Assembly: GCA_965218095.1 (NCBI GenBank)
Contig: OZ244587.1
Coordinates: 3,072,001-3,136,000, forward strand
DNA length: 64,000 nt
Reading direction: 5' to 3'
Source of the DNA: Candidatus Poribacteria bacterium
GTDB lineage: Bacteria; Poribacteria; WGA-4E; PCPOR2b
In this document: one piece after another, positions 22,842 through 32,777 of the stretch
How positions within the stretch are numbered: the stretch's first letter is position 1
Layout of the letters: each line of letters opens with the position of its first letter
Translations under genes and position numbers: made by a program
The notes under the pieces: generated by a model
What the model was told of the DNA's origin: nothing
Databases searched by the model: none
The model's input: only the letters and a program-made list of their open reading frames with translations

Positions 22842-23547
22842 CTAACTTGAAAAAATCACCTTGATCTGACGCCGCAAATCCCTTCGCATCCGTCCACTTC
22901 CAATCTGATCCACGTCTTGAGTTCCCTTACGCGAGTCCTTTCGCCAGATTTGGTCACAAACCTGCTCCCAATCTCGACGCTCCTGATTCGACACCCCAGC
23001 GATGTATGCCTTGAATTCGGAAAATAGGGTGTCTCCCATATTAATGACCGCTTCCTCATCTTCAGCGTCCCCTGCTTCTTCAGCCTCAGACTCTGCAAAA
23101 TAAAGTTGACCCAGGGCGTTGACAAACGCACGACGCAGCATCTGTGTATGCTAGGGGGCGGTCTCAACTGTCAGCAGATGCTCAAAAACAATCGAGATTT
23201 GCCGAAGGGCGATCGAACCTTGGGTCGGCGGTGGCAGTCTCCACGGTCGCTTTGAGTTTCGAGTAAGACGGTAAATGGTATGCGAGCGGGGTGAGTAACA
23301 ACCAAACACTGAGGGCAACCCGCGATCCGGGCAGCAGGACATTGTGAAGGATCCCCGTTTCTCGGCGGACAAGCGTGCATAAGGATTGCTCCAACTCCGA
23401 TGTATGTGAAAGTCGAATCAACGCCTTGACATAGCGCAACTGGATACCTTTCTGTGGTGTGATACACATTATTGATACATCAAAATTGGGTAAACGCTGT
23501 ATGCTCTCAATTTGTCGTAGCATACCCGCAAGATAGAATTCTGTCAA
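22842..23547 (-). pseudogene. Probable degraded gene of unknown function
   Basis: Consecutive minus-strand ORF pieces (23182-23547, 22842-23141) joined by a frameshift and a stop. Confidence 0.35.
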
Positions 23548-23584
23548 TCCTGTACTCTACCTACGGTAGATGGGAATCCAGGTT

Positions 23585-23837
23585 TCAGGACTTCTCACGT
23601 CTCACTGCTTCAAGTGCAGACATCGAATCGTGTTCAATCTGTTCCTCTGGCACATTGGCAGACGCAGTATGAAAATGCGCCGCGACACATTGCCACTCTT
23701 CTCCCCTTGAAATCCCCTTGAAAAGAAACGGGTTCCTTTTCGAGAATTTTTCGGAGTTGCTGGCGTTCAACCTTGGGGAGCCGTCAAACGAGTGGTAAAA
23801 TCTGTTCCAGGGTAATGGGTTCGGTACGCTGTTCCAT
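23585..23837 (-). pseudogene. Degraded small antitoxin-like gene
   Basis: SD + MEQRTEPITLEQILPLV*RLPKVERQQLRKIL; internal stop and 11-bp tandem duplication (23702-23723). Confidence 0.5.
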
Positions 23838-24009
23838 TGTAAATCCCTCTCTTTCCTATGTGTTTTCCGTTTCAAATCAAGCACGGTTATTGTATCAGAT
23901 CGCTATAGTGATGTCAATCTATCACTGGAGCAGATTGAGAACTTCCCGTTTTCCCGGTACGCTGGTCGAGTAGGTGCTCTTTTTCCCTTTCAATTTTCCC
24001 GATTCTATA

Positions 24010-24365
24010 CTAGAAGTTACGCACTTGGACAGAAAATAGGTTATAATAAAGACTATGAATCGACCCAAATGCAATGAACTGTTTCGACTCAAGTATGACG
24101 AACTGTCTTGGACGATTGAACAATACCATCAAAGCATCAAGAATTTGTCGGTGTTGAGCGGTCCATGGTTCGCAAGGGAGTTGCGCAACGCGATCATATT
24201 GGACTGACATTGCGAGCGTTTCTACGACTTGAGCGGGACTGTTTCTTGACCGGCGTCAGTTGGTTTGAAGCGAAAGTCTCGATTATCAGAGAAGCGGTTC
24301 ATGCCTATCTGGCTCAACCGCTTTACACTTTAACACCAATAATCTGTACTATAAATCGGGTATAG
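24010..24365 (+). mobile_element. IS701-family transposase C-terminal remnant
   Basis: AQRDHIGLTLRAFLRLE...SWFEAKVSIIREAVHAYL; IR-like TAGAAGTTACGCA at 24011. Confidence 0.65.
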
Positions 24366-24481
24366 TTGCCTTCGATGTATCATCTGGTTATGGGTATAGG
24401 CAGCTTGGATTAATTTAACAGTGCCAAGGTAACAGAATTTAACGAAAATTAATGTTAGTCCAATCCGGAGGAAAAAATAAA

Positions 24482-25024
24482 ATGGCAGTTCAGCATTTAT
24501 CATTTGATCAGATCGAAGCCCAGATCAACCAATTAGCAGCGAGTCCCCGAGATCATGGCGTTCTCGAACACATTGTGATTCGCTTGCCCGACGAACGGCG
24601 AGCGACCCCTCAGGAAGCTGAAGTCAGCACCGAAGGGGGTCTCGAAGAGGATCGCTGGAGTCGACCGAAAAGCCCAAATCCGGGTGCGCAAATCTCCGTA
24701 ATGAATTCCCGGTTTCTAAAGGTGATCGCCGGTAACGATGAGCGAATGTGTCTCTCCGGCGATAACCTGCTCGTTGATTTGGACTTGGGCGACGAAAACC
24801 TTCCCACTGGCACTCGATTACAGATCGGCGCCACCACCTTTGAAGTGACGGATGTGCCCCATACCGGCTGTCAAAAATTTGAACGGCGGTATGGCAAAGA
24901 CGCGCTGAAAGTGGTCAACTCAGATGCCTATAAATCGAGAAGACTGCGAGGGCTATTTGTAAGGGTAATTCAAGCGGGCAGGATTCAGGTGGGTGATTCT
25001 ATCCGCAAAGTGACTGAAGGATAA
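24482..25024 (+). CDS. MOSC domain protein
   Basis: GDNLLVDLDL, PHTGCQKF, LRGLFVRVIQAGRIQVGD. Confidence 0.88.
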   Translation: MAVQHLSFDQIEAQINQLAASPRDHGVLEHIVIRLPDERRATPQEAEVSTEGGLEEDRWSRPKSPNPGAQISVMNSRFLKVIAGNDERMCLSGDNLLVDLDLGDENLPTGTRLQIGATTFEVTDVPHTGCQKFERRYGKDALKVVNSDAYKSRRLRGLFVRVIQAGRIQVGDSIRKVTEG

Positions 25025-25036
25025 GGAACATCGTAT

Positions 25037-25489
25037 GTTTCAGGAATTTCGCTTACACTCGTTGAGCAGTTGTTCCACTTCAGCACGCACGGTTGTTGGT
25101 ACATCTGGAAGTGCCAAAACGTGTTGAAAGAGTTGCCGTGCTTTCTCATAACATTTGGCTTGTTGGTAACAGGAAGCCGCGCTCACAAGACTAATGTAGA
25201 CATTTTCAGTATGTCCTTCAGCTTCTAGGCGTTGGGCAGCTCTAATTCAGCAGCTCGGACAAAGAGCCGGGGCAGACCTGAATGATCGCCATCTTTTCTC
25301 GCCAGGATTGCGTGTGCTTCCAAAATATAACCCGAAGCTTTTCCAAGTATCTTTAGTGAATGAACACGAATTCATTCCATTTTCAGCAATCAAGGCTACC
25401 AGACAGTGAATCAAGTGATCGACATTGAGGTTAGGGTGAAGTTGGGCGATGTCTTCAATGCGGCTTGAGATAACCTTCTTTGTCATCAA
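25037..25489 (-). pseudogene. Gene remnant(s) with a TPR-like C-terminal piece
   Basis: Broken frames ending ...SAASCYQQAKCYEKARQLFQHVLALP...; boundaries approximate. Confidence 0.35.
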
Positions 25490-25614
25490 GATGTCTACAT
25501 TATAGGATAGGGACAGTGGAAATCGAACAAGGGAATTGTATCAAGGGACTTTTGTGCTGTCAAGGGAAATGAAAGGAACAATCGAAAATGAAACAAATTG
25601 AAAGGTAGATTTCT

Positions 25615-26811
25615 ATGAAAAGTGCTCAATCTATGACCTCACAAAAATCGACCTTATTTACTGAATCCGTCATCCGAGGGATGACACAGCTTTGCATCCG
25701 CTACAACGCGATTAACCTGTCGCAGGGCACGCCCGGATTTGAACCGCCGGACGAGGTGAAGGGTGCTGCGATAGACGCCATCCGTAATGGGTACAACCAG
25801 TATAGCATCACTTGGGGGACGCCGAAATTTCGTCAGGCGATTGCCCACAAAGTGACAGAATTTAACGGCATCCCGACCGATCCGGACTGTAACGTGACGG
25901 TCACCTGTGGTTCGACCGAAGGTATGATGTCTACAATGCTGGCGATTATCAACCCCGGCGATGAGATCGTGATCTTTGAACCGTTCTATGAGAACTACGG
26001 TCCCGACGCGATTATCTCAGGGGCGCAGCCGGTCTATGTGCCGCTGCGAGAAACGCGCCGTCCCGATGGTAGCGATACTTTCACTTACGACCCTGATGAG
26101 TTACGAAAGGCTTTCAGCGAAAATACGAAGGCGGTTATCTTGAATACGCCGAACAACCCACTCGGAAAAGTGTTTAGCTGTGAGGAGTTGCAGGAGATCG
26201 CAGCCCTGTGTTGTGAGTTTGATTGCCTCGCCGTGACGGACGAAATCTATGAGCACATGATCTACGACGGACGCCCGCACGTCAGCATCGGATCTTTTCC
26301 AGAAATGCGGGATCGGACAATTACCGTTTCAGGGTTGAGCAAGACGTACTCCATCACCGGGTGGAGGCTCGGTTATGTGATTGCCCCCGAATACCTGGCA
26401 AATGCTATCCGCAAGATGCACGACTTCCTGACGGTTGGGGCGCCACACCCCTTGCAGGAAGCCGGCGTGGTTGCGCTTCAATTAGGTCAGGAATACTACC
26501 GGCGCCTGGTTGAACAGTATGATCACCGGCGCAAACTGCTTTTGGCACTATTGACCCATGCACGATTTCGCTGCTACGTCCCCGAAGGGGCATACTATAT
26601 TATGACCGACATCAGCGATTTTGGATTTCCGAGCGACACCGAATTTTCACACTGGCTGGTGAAGGAGATTGGCGTCGGTGGGGTGCCGGGGTCTAGTTTC
26701 TACAGTCGTCCCGAGCTCGGTCGGACGAAGCTGCGGTTTATGTTTAGCAGAGATGAACAGACGCTGCAGGAAGCGGGTGCGCGGCTGGTGCGAATCCGTG
26801 AAAAGATTTAG
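25615..26811 (+). CDS. PLP-dependent aminotransferase class I/II
   Basis: NTPNNPLG, DEIY, SKTYSITGWRLG. Confidence 0.93.
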   Translation: MKSAQSMTSQKSTLFTESVIRGMTQLCIRYNAINLSQGTPGFEPPDEVKGAAIDAIRNGYNQYSITWGTPKFRQAIAHKVTEFNGIPTDPDCNVTVTCGSTEGMMSTMLAIINPGDEIVIFEPFYENYGPDAIISGAQPVYVPLRETRRPDGSDTFTYDPDELRKAFSENTKAVILNTPNNPLGKVFSCEELQEIAALCCEFDCLAVTDEIYEHMIYDGRPHVSIGSFPEMRDRTITVSGLSKTYSITGWRLGYVIAPEYLANAIRKMHDFLTVGAPHPLQEAGVVALQLGQEYYRRLVEQYDHRRKLLLALLTHARFRCYVPEGAYYIMTDISDFGFPSDTEFSHWLVKEIGVGGVPGSSFYSRPELGRTKLRFMFSRDEQTLQEAGARLVRIREKI

Positions 26812-27014
26812 TTTGACTATTGTACAATGCGTAGTGAATGAGTTCATGGAGAATTTTGCATATACAACCACATCATTCAGCATTTTCTGCTCTCATTTTG
26901 AGAGGAATCGTGCTATAATCTTGGCGATTCTCAATGAGAACAAGAGTCGGAAATTGTCCCATCAGCCCATTCAAGATTGGATATATCCCACCGGTAAATT
27001 GGAGGTAATTACAG

Positions 27015-27743
27015 ATGGAAATGAGAAGTTGGTTGCAATCCCCCTCAAGTCTCACACATGGGAACATCATCAAGCGGGAAATCTTTTCAAAAAAAGACCC
27101 CGATAACCCCGACAAGGAGGGGGCGATTCTGAACTATATTGATAGCTTTTCGCGGTGCTATCTTGAGCCGCGAATCGCGTCAATACCAACAGCTTTCGAT
27201 GATCGGCAGTTGATCTTCTACATCGTTGATGGGAACGGCATTTTTGAGGGTGGCGAGCTCAAGCAGGAAGTTCAAGAAGGAGACGGTATTATCGTGCCGC
27301 CGGGAGTCACACATGTGCTGACGAATGAGGCGAACGCACCTTTAGAATTCCTCATATTGGAAGAGTCCCTTTCTGACGGTGAACAGTCACCCCGAACAGA
27401 TGTCCTGATTAGAAACTACCGGGAACGCCCTCTTAACCAGGGGCATTGGACACATCTGGTCCATCCGATCCTCGGCGAGGACGATGGACTTGTGAAACTC
27501 CACGCGGTTCTGATGGTGCGGATTGACGCGATGCAGACCCCCGATACCCACGGGCATCCTGATAACATGGATGAGGTGTGGTACATGCTGGAGGGCAATG
27601 GCATCCATGTGGTGAGTCAGAATGTCTACCGGCAACGACCGGGGGATGCGGTTTCTGTCGCGCCGTCAAACCCAGGCCATACCCTCATCAATGATACGGA
27701 TGAGCCCCTCAAGACGTTCTACTTTGCCCGTTACAATCAGTGA
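27015..27743 (+). CDS. Bicupin protein
   Basis: Two cupin folds; HGH...DEVWYMLEG...PGDAV...H. Confidence 0.85.
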   Translation: MEMRSWLQSPSSLTHGNIIKREIFSKKDPDNPDKEGAILNYIDSFSRCYLEPRIASIPTAFDDRQLIFYIVDGNGIFEGGELKQEVQEGDGIIVPPGVTHVLTNEANAPLEFLILEESLSDGEQSPRTDVLIRNYRERPLNQGHWTHLVHPILGEDDGLVKLHAVLMVRIDAMQTPDTHGHPDNMDEVWYMLEGNGIHVVSQNVYRQRPGDAVSVAPSNPGHTLINDTDEPLKTFYFARYNQ

Positions 27744-28225
27744 GGCGTGAAACGTGAAACGTGAAGCGTGATGGGTGCTTGACGGATCCATGGCCACGTC
27801 TCACTTGTCACTCATCACGCCTCATGCAGCACAAAAGTGAGGAAACGTAGCGCAAACTGTTTGCATTACCACAAAAAAGCACTGACATGAACCCTTGCGA
27901 ATTCATACCGGTGCTTTATACATCGAATTTCATAGTTTCTCCTCTGTGTGTCATAGTCATTTGCAGCGTCAGCTTTCGACGTCGCAGGCTATAACTAGGC
28001 AGCCCGAGAAACTTATACCAAACAACACAATGCCGCCGGTTTCGGGGTTGGGGTTCCCCACTCTCACAATTTTCCCTGCCTACAACTGAGGCTTTGGGAT
28101 ATGACTGCTCCAGAAGACGGGGCCAGCAGGGTATCCTTTGAATCTCGTGGGAAAAGGAAACGTTGATGGAGAAGTGAGAAGCGTGAGACGTGGTACGTGA
28201 AATATGAAAGGAAATCTCAAAAGCT

Positions 28226-30346
28226 ATGAGACAAAGTGACTTTAACCACAAACTCAAAGCCCTGCAGCAGCGGGTGGCTGAACTGCGACAGCGTACAACG
28301 AAGGTCCCCGCGCAGTTGGAACAGTTACTGCCGGAAGCCCTCGATGAATTGCACAACACGCTGGAAGAATTGCATGTCGCTGACGAGGAACTACGCGCGC
28401 AAATGGAGCGCCAGCGTTACCTCGATCTGTTCAAATTCGCCCCGGACGGGTACCTGGTGACCGATGCCGCTGGGACCATCCAGGAAGCCAACCGTGCTGG
28501 AGCGGCCCTGCTCGCTGTGGACACGGATGATCTGGTGGACAAACCGCTGGTCGTCTTCGTCGCCGAAGCAGATCGCCAAACCTTTCATACCCTACTGAAC
28601 CGAATAACGCAGTTACAGCAAGTGCACGAGTGGAACCTACGCCTGCAACCACGGGCAGGAGCGCCTTTCTACGCGGCGATTAAGGTGGCAGCCGTGCGCG
28701 ACCCACATGGGGGGGGGCTTGGTCTCCGCTGGCTGATCCGCGACACCACCGGTTGGGTCGAGACAGTGGATGCGCTGAAGGCCAGTGAAAAAAAATATCG
28801 TCTCCTTTTTGGTGAGTCCAGAGACGCCATCTATATCAACACTAGAGAAGGCAAAATTCTTGATGCCAACCGGGCAGCGTTAGATCTCTTTGGTTATGCC
28901 AGAGAAGAACTGATCGGGATGAACGTCCGGAAGCTCTATGTCCATCCCGAAGATCGAGCGGTGTTTCAGTGGAAGATTGAGCGAAAGGGATCGGTGAGGG
29001 ATTATGAAATGAAACTTCGGAAGAAGGACGGAACGGAGATGGACTGTCTGCTCACTTCAACGGCGCGTCGGGCAGCTGACGAGAGCATTCTGGGATACCA
29101 AGGCATCATCCGCGACATCACCGAGCAGATCAAGGCGGAAAAAGCACTCCATGAAAGCGAGGGGCGATTCCGCCAACTGGCGGAAAACATCCGCGAAGTT
29201 TTTTGGTTGAGTTCTCTCGATAGGAGTGAAGTCTATTTCATCAGTCCCGCGTACGAAGAAATCTGGGGCCGTAGCCGCGAGAATCTGATAGCGCAGCCGG
29301 AATCCTGGTTGGATGCCATCCATCCGGCGGATCGGGATGGCGTCTTTGCCAATTTCGAGAAACAGAAGCGTGGGGAAGTTGTCGAACACGAGTATCGGAT
29401 CGTGCGACCCAACGGGGCGATACGCTGGATTCAGGCGCAGGTCTTTCCGGTCCGGGACGAAGCAGGCGAGATCTACCGCCTCGCGGGAAGCGCCCAAGAC
29501 ATCACCAAGCGAAAACAGGCAGAGGAACTCGCAGAGTTGCAGCAGCAACAGTTGATTCAGGCGGACAAAATGGCGTCACTTGGAATTTTGGTCTCCGGGG
29601 TGGCGCATGAGATTAATAACCCGAATAACTTTATCATGCTCAACGGAGAAATCCTCTCCATGGCCTGGCAGAACGTTATGCCAATCCTCCAAAAATACTA
29701 TCAGGAGAATGGCGACTTCCTTTTGGCGGGTATGCCCTACACCCGGGCGCACGAGAAAATCGGTCAATTGATTTCGGGAATCTCAGAAGGCGCAGCGCGC
29801 ATTGGGAAAATTGTCGAGACCCTCAGAGGTTTTGCGCGTCAGGATACGGGCGATCTAGATCAACAGGTTGACGTTAATTCGGTTATCGAATCTGCAATTG
29901 TCATTGTGAGCAACCTGATCAAGAAATCAACCCATCGTTTTTCTGTTGAGCTGGTGGAAAACTTACCCAAAATTCGGGGAAACCCACAGCAGCTTGAACA
30001 GGTTATCATCAATTTAATCACCAATTCATGCCAGGCCATCCGAGCTCCCCAAAAGCGCCTTGTGGTCTCAACGTCGTATAACAAAAGGTCGGACCGGATT
30101 ATTATCAGAGTTCTTGATGAGGGAGAAGGGATACCTCCTGAAAATTTGAATCATATCATCGAACCCTTTTTTACCACCAAACGGGACGAAGGCGGCACGG
30201 GTTTAGGCCTGTCGGTCTCTTATAATATCGTGAAGAACCATGGGGGAAATCTACATTTCACTTCAAGATTCGGCAAAGGAACGGCAGCCACTATCACACT
30301 GCCTTCTTCTCATCATCTCACTTTTGAAACGGAGGTGAACCCATGA
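28226..30346 (+). CDS. Cytoplasmic multi-PAS sensor histidine kinase (NtrB-like)
   Basis: N-terminal coiled coil, three PAS/PAC, GVAHEINNP H-box, EPFFTTK...GTGLGL; no TM segment. Confidence 0.95.
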   Translation: MRQSDFNHKLKALQQRVAELRQRTTKVPAQLEQLLPEALDELHNTLEELHVADEELRAQMERQRYLDLFKFAPDGYLVTDAAGTIQEANRAGAALLAVDTDDLVDKPLVVFVAEADRQTFHTLLNRITQLQQVHEWNLRLQPRAGAPFYAAIKVAAVRDPHGGGLGLRWLIRDTTGWVETVDALKASEKKYRLLFGESRDAIYINTREGKILDANRAALDLFGYAREELIGMNVRKLYVHPEDRAVFQWKIERKGSVRDYEMKLRKKDGTEMDCLLTSTARRAADESILGYQGIIRDITEQIKAEKALHESEGRFRQLAENIREVFWLSSLDRSEVYFISPAYEEIWGRSRENLIAQPESWLDAIHPADRDGVFANFEKQKRGEVVEHEYRIVRPNGAIRWIQAQVFPVRDEAGEIYRLAGSAQDITKRKQAEELAELQQQQLIQADKMASLGILVSGVAHEINNPNNFIMLNGEILSMAWQNVMPILQKYYQENGDFLLAGMPYTRAHEKIGQLISGISEGAARIGKIVETLRGFARQDTGDLDQQVDVNSVIESAIVIVSNLIKKSTHRFSVELVENLPKIRGNPQQLEQVIINLITNSCQAIRAPQKRLVVSTSYNKRSDRIIIRVLDEGEGIPPENLNHIIEPFFTTKRDEGGTGLGLSVSYNIVKNHGGNLHFTSRFGKGTAATITLPSSHHLTFETEVNP

Positions 30347-31782
30347 ATCCGGCCACTTTTCCCACTCTTCCTGTTTTACTGGTGGATGATGAAGCACAGT
30401 TTCTGTTCAGCGCCAGTTTGAGTCTGAGTTCGGAAGGCATTAATAATGTCGTGCAATGTCAAGATAGCCGCGATGTGATGTCGACGCTTTCCGAACAAGA
30501 TTTCTCCGTCGTTGTGCTGGATATGCTGATGCCGTACCTATCGGGCTGGGAGCTGCTCCCGATGATTGTGAGAGATTTCCCAGATCTCCCGGCGATCATC
30601 ATCACGGCGGTCAATGAAGTCAAGACGGCCGTCGAGTGCATGAAACAGGGGACGTTCGATTATCTGGTTAAACCTGTTGACAAAGCACGTTTAGTCACGA
30701 CAGTCAAACGAGCGATAGAGGTCCGGGAATTACGAGATGAGAACCTCCGGCTCAAGAACTACCTGCTCTCCGACAAGCTGGAGCAGCCCAAAGCGTTTTC
30801 CGAAATGATTACCCAGGACCCTGTAATGCGGACTATTTTCCAATATGTCGAGGCGATTGCCGGGAACGCTCTGCCGGTACTGGTTACCGGGGAAACCGGT
30901 GTGGGTAAGGAACTGATTGCCAGAGCAATCCACCAACTCAGTGGTCGAATTGGTGAGTTAATTACCGTCAATGTGGCTGGGCTGGATGACCACCTGTTTT
31001 CAGATACCCTCTTTGGACATAAAAAAGGGGCTTTTACTGGAGCAGATACAGCGCGTAAAGGATTGGTTGAACAAGCGTCGGGTGGCACACTGTTCCTGGA
31101 TGAAATCGGAGACCTCAACATGGAATCGCAGGTCAAGCTGTTGCGCCTTCTGCAGGAAGGAAAGTATTACCCTTTGGGTGAAGATGTGCCGAAAGTGACC
31201 GATGCCAGAATTATCGTTGCAACGAACCGGGAGATTGAATCCTCAATGGAGGCAGGAACGTTTCGTAAAGACCTCTACTATCGACTTCAAACCCATCATA
31301 TTCACCTGCCGCCGCTTCGCGACCGACGCAATGACCTCCCGTTGCTGGTCGAACGCTTCCTTGAAAAAGCGGCGGAGCAACTTGGTAAAAACAAGCCTAC
31401 GCCGCCCACGGAACTCTTTACGTTGCTTAGGACCTATCACTTTCCCGGAAATATCAGGGAGCTTGAGAGCATGATTTTTGATGCCGTTAGCAGACACAAG
31501 GGAGGCGTTCTCTCCATGGAATCTTTCAGGGGCAAAATCGGTCAGAAGTCCCCTACGCATCACACAGGTGAAGCGGAGAGCGGGGGAGACAAACAACCTT
31601 TATTCACAGAGCTATTACCGACTTTGGATCAATTGCCCGCCTTGAAAGATGCTGAACAACTGCTGATTGCAGAAGCCCTCAAGCGTTCCGACGGAAACCA
31701 GACGATTGCCGCCCAACTTTTGGGCATGTCGAGACAGGCATTGCACAATCGTTTGCGTCGATCTCGTCAGTCTCCAGCGTAG
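30343..31782 (+). CDS. Sigma54-dependent response regulator (NtrC/AtoC family)
   Basis: Receiver, GETGVGKE, GAFTGA, FPGNIREL, Fis-type HTH. Confidence 0.96.
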   Translation: MNPATFPTLPVLLVDDEAQFLFSASLSLSSEGINNVVQCQDSRDVMSTLSEQDFSVVVLDMLMPYLSGWELLPMIVRDFPDLPAIIITAVNEVKTAVECMKQGTFDYLVKPVDKARLVTTVKRAIEVRELRDENLRLKNYLLSDKLEQPKAFSEMITQDPVMRTIFQYVEAIAGNALPVLVTGETGVGKELIARAIHQLSGRIGELITVNVAGLDDHLFSDTLFGHKKGAFTGADTARKGLVEQASGGTLFLDEIGDLNMESQVKLLRLLQEGKYYPLGEDVPKVTDARIIVATNREIESSMEAGTFRKDLYYRLQTHHIHLPPLRDRRNDLPLLVERFLEKAAEQLGKNKPTPPTELFTLLRTYHFPGNIRELESMIFDAVSRHKGGVLSMESFRGKIGQKSPTHHTGEAESGGDKQPLFTELLPTLDQLPALKDAEQLLIAEALKRSDGNQTIAAQLLGMSRQALHNRLRRSRQSPA

Positions 31783-31885
31783 CGAGATCCCGCCAAGCGG
31801 GGTGGGCCAATGGCTGATTTTAGCCAACTACACCCACTGCATTCCCCAACCCTTCTACCCGATATTCTCTATCTCTCAAAGGGAT

Positions 31886-31919
31886 GACACATCTGTTTCT
31901 TTGGGAAACATTTGTTTCC
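31886..31919. promoter_or_regulatory. Candidate upstream activator sites
   Basis: Tandem palindromes GACACATCTGTTTC and GGAAACATTTGTTTCC about 240 bp upstream of the -24/-12 promoter. Confidence 0.4.
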
Positions 31920-32144
31920 ATCCCCCCAATCCTTGCTTTGAGAAGGGTTCGCGAGACCTCCACCCTAAACTGTCCCTCCATCCGTGTCACCCCTTTTAGT
32001 CCCTTCCCCTTGTTTCATTTCCTGCAAGTGACTACACTTACGTGAGTTCGACGTAAGAATTCTGCGTAAGCGGGTGAACGAGAGAACGGGGGAACAAGGG
32101 AGCGAAAAAGAGCACCTCCTCACACACTTGCTCCCTCACACACT

Positions 32145-32161
32145 TTGGCAGACGTTTTGCA
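32145..32161 (+). promoter_or_regulatory. Sigma54 (-24/-12) promoter for ferritin
   Basis: TTGGCAGACGTTTTGCA, canonical GG-N10-GC spacing, next to a sigma54 activator gene. Confidence 0.75.
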
Positions 32162-32234
32162 CATAGCGTAACAGACTTCCTCCTGAGAGGAGTGAACAGG
32201 TACTCAAATAATAAAAGAGAGGAACGAGACAACC

Positions 32235-32732
32235 ATGTTAGACCCGGTCAACCAGGATGCGCTCAACAAACAGATTAACCATGAATTCTACTCCACCTAT
32301 TTCTATCTTTCGATGTCAGCCTACTTTGAGACGCTTAATTTGCGGGGCTTTGCGCATTGGATGCGGATGCAGAGTCAGGAGGAGACATCGCACGCGATGA
32401 AGCTGTTTGACTACATCCACGACAGGAACGGACATGTGGTGCTTGAAGCAATTACCCAGCCGCCTGTAGAATTCCAGTCTCCGATAGATGCGTTCCAGCA
32501 GGCGTTGGCGCATGAGCGCAAAGTCACAGAGACCATCCATCGGCTCTACGGGTTGGCGGTGCAAGAGAAGGACTACGAAACCCAGGTGGAGCTACAGTGG
32601 TTTATTGCAGAGCAAGTAGAAGAAGAAAAGCAAGCACGCCAGATATTGGATCAGTTGAAGCTGATTGGCGATCACGGGGCGGCTTTGTACCTGTTGGACA
32701 AAGAGTTAGGTGAGCGTGCGATGGACAGTTAA
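32235..32732 (+). CDS. ftnA: Non-heme ferritin
   Basis: QINHEFYS..YLSMS, EETSHAMK, LQWFIAEQVEEE. Confidence 0.95.
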   Translation: MLDPVNQDALNKQINHEFYSTYFYLSMSAYFETLNLRGFAHWMRMQSQEETSHAMKLFDYIHDRNGHVVLEAITQPPVEFQSPIDAFQQALAHERKVTETIHRLYGLAVQEKDYETQVELQWFIAEQVEEEKQARQILDQLKLIGDHGAALYLLDKELGERAMDS

Positions 32733-32751
32733 ACAGTGGATATTGTGTCAC

Positions 32752-32767
32752 TTGGCACGCATTTGCT
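32752..32767 (+). promoter_or_regulatory. Sigma54-like element with non-canonical spacing
   Basis: TTGGCACGCATTTGCT: consensus boxes but GG-N9-GC, one base short. Confidence 0.4.
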
Positions 32768-32777
32768 CAATATACTG

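Noticed and set aside
27790-28220. Possible gene or RNA upstream of the histidine kinase
   Set aside because: Only short ORFs, repeat tracts and weak hairpins; nothing supportable.
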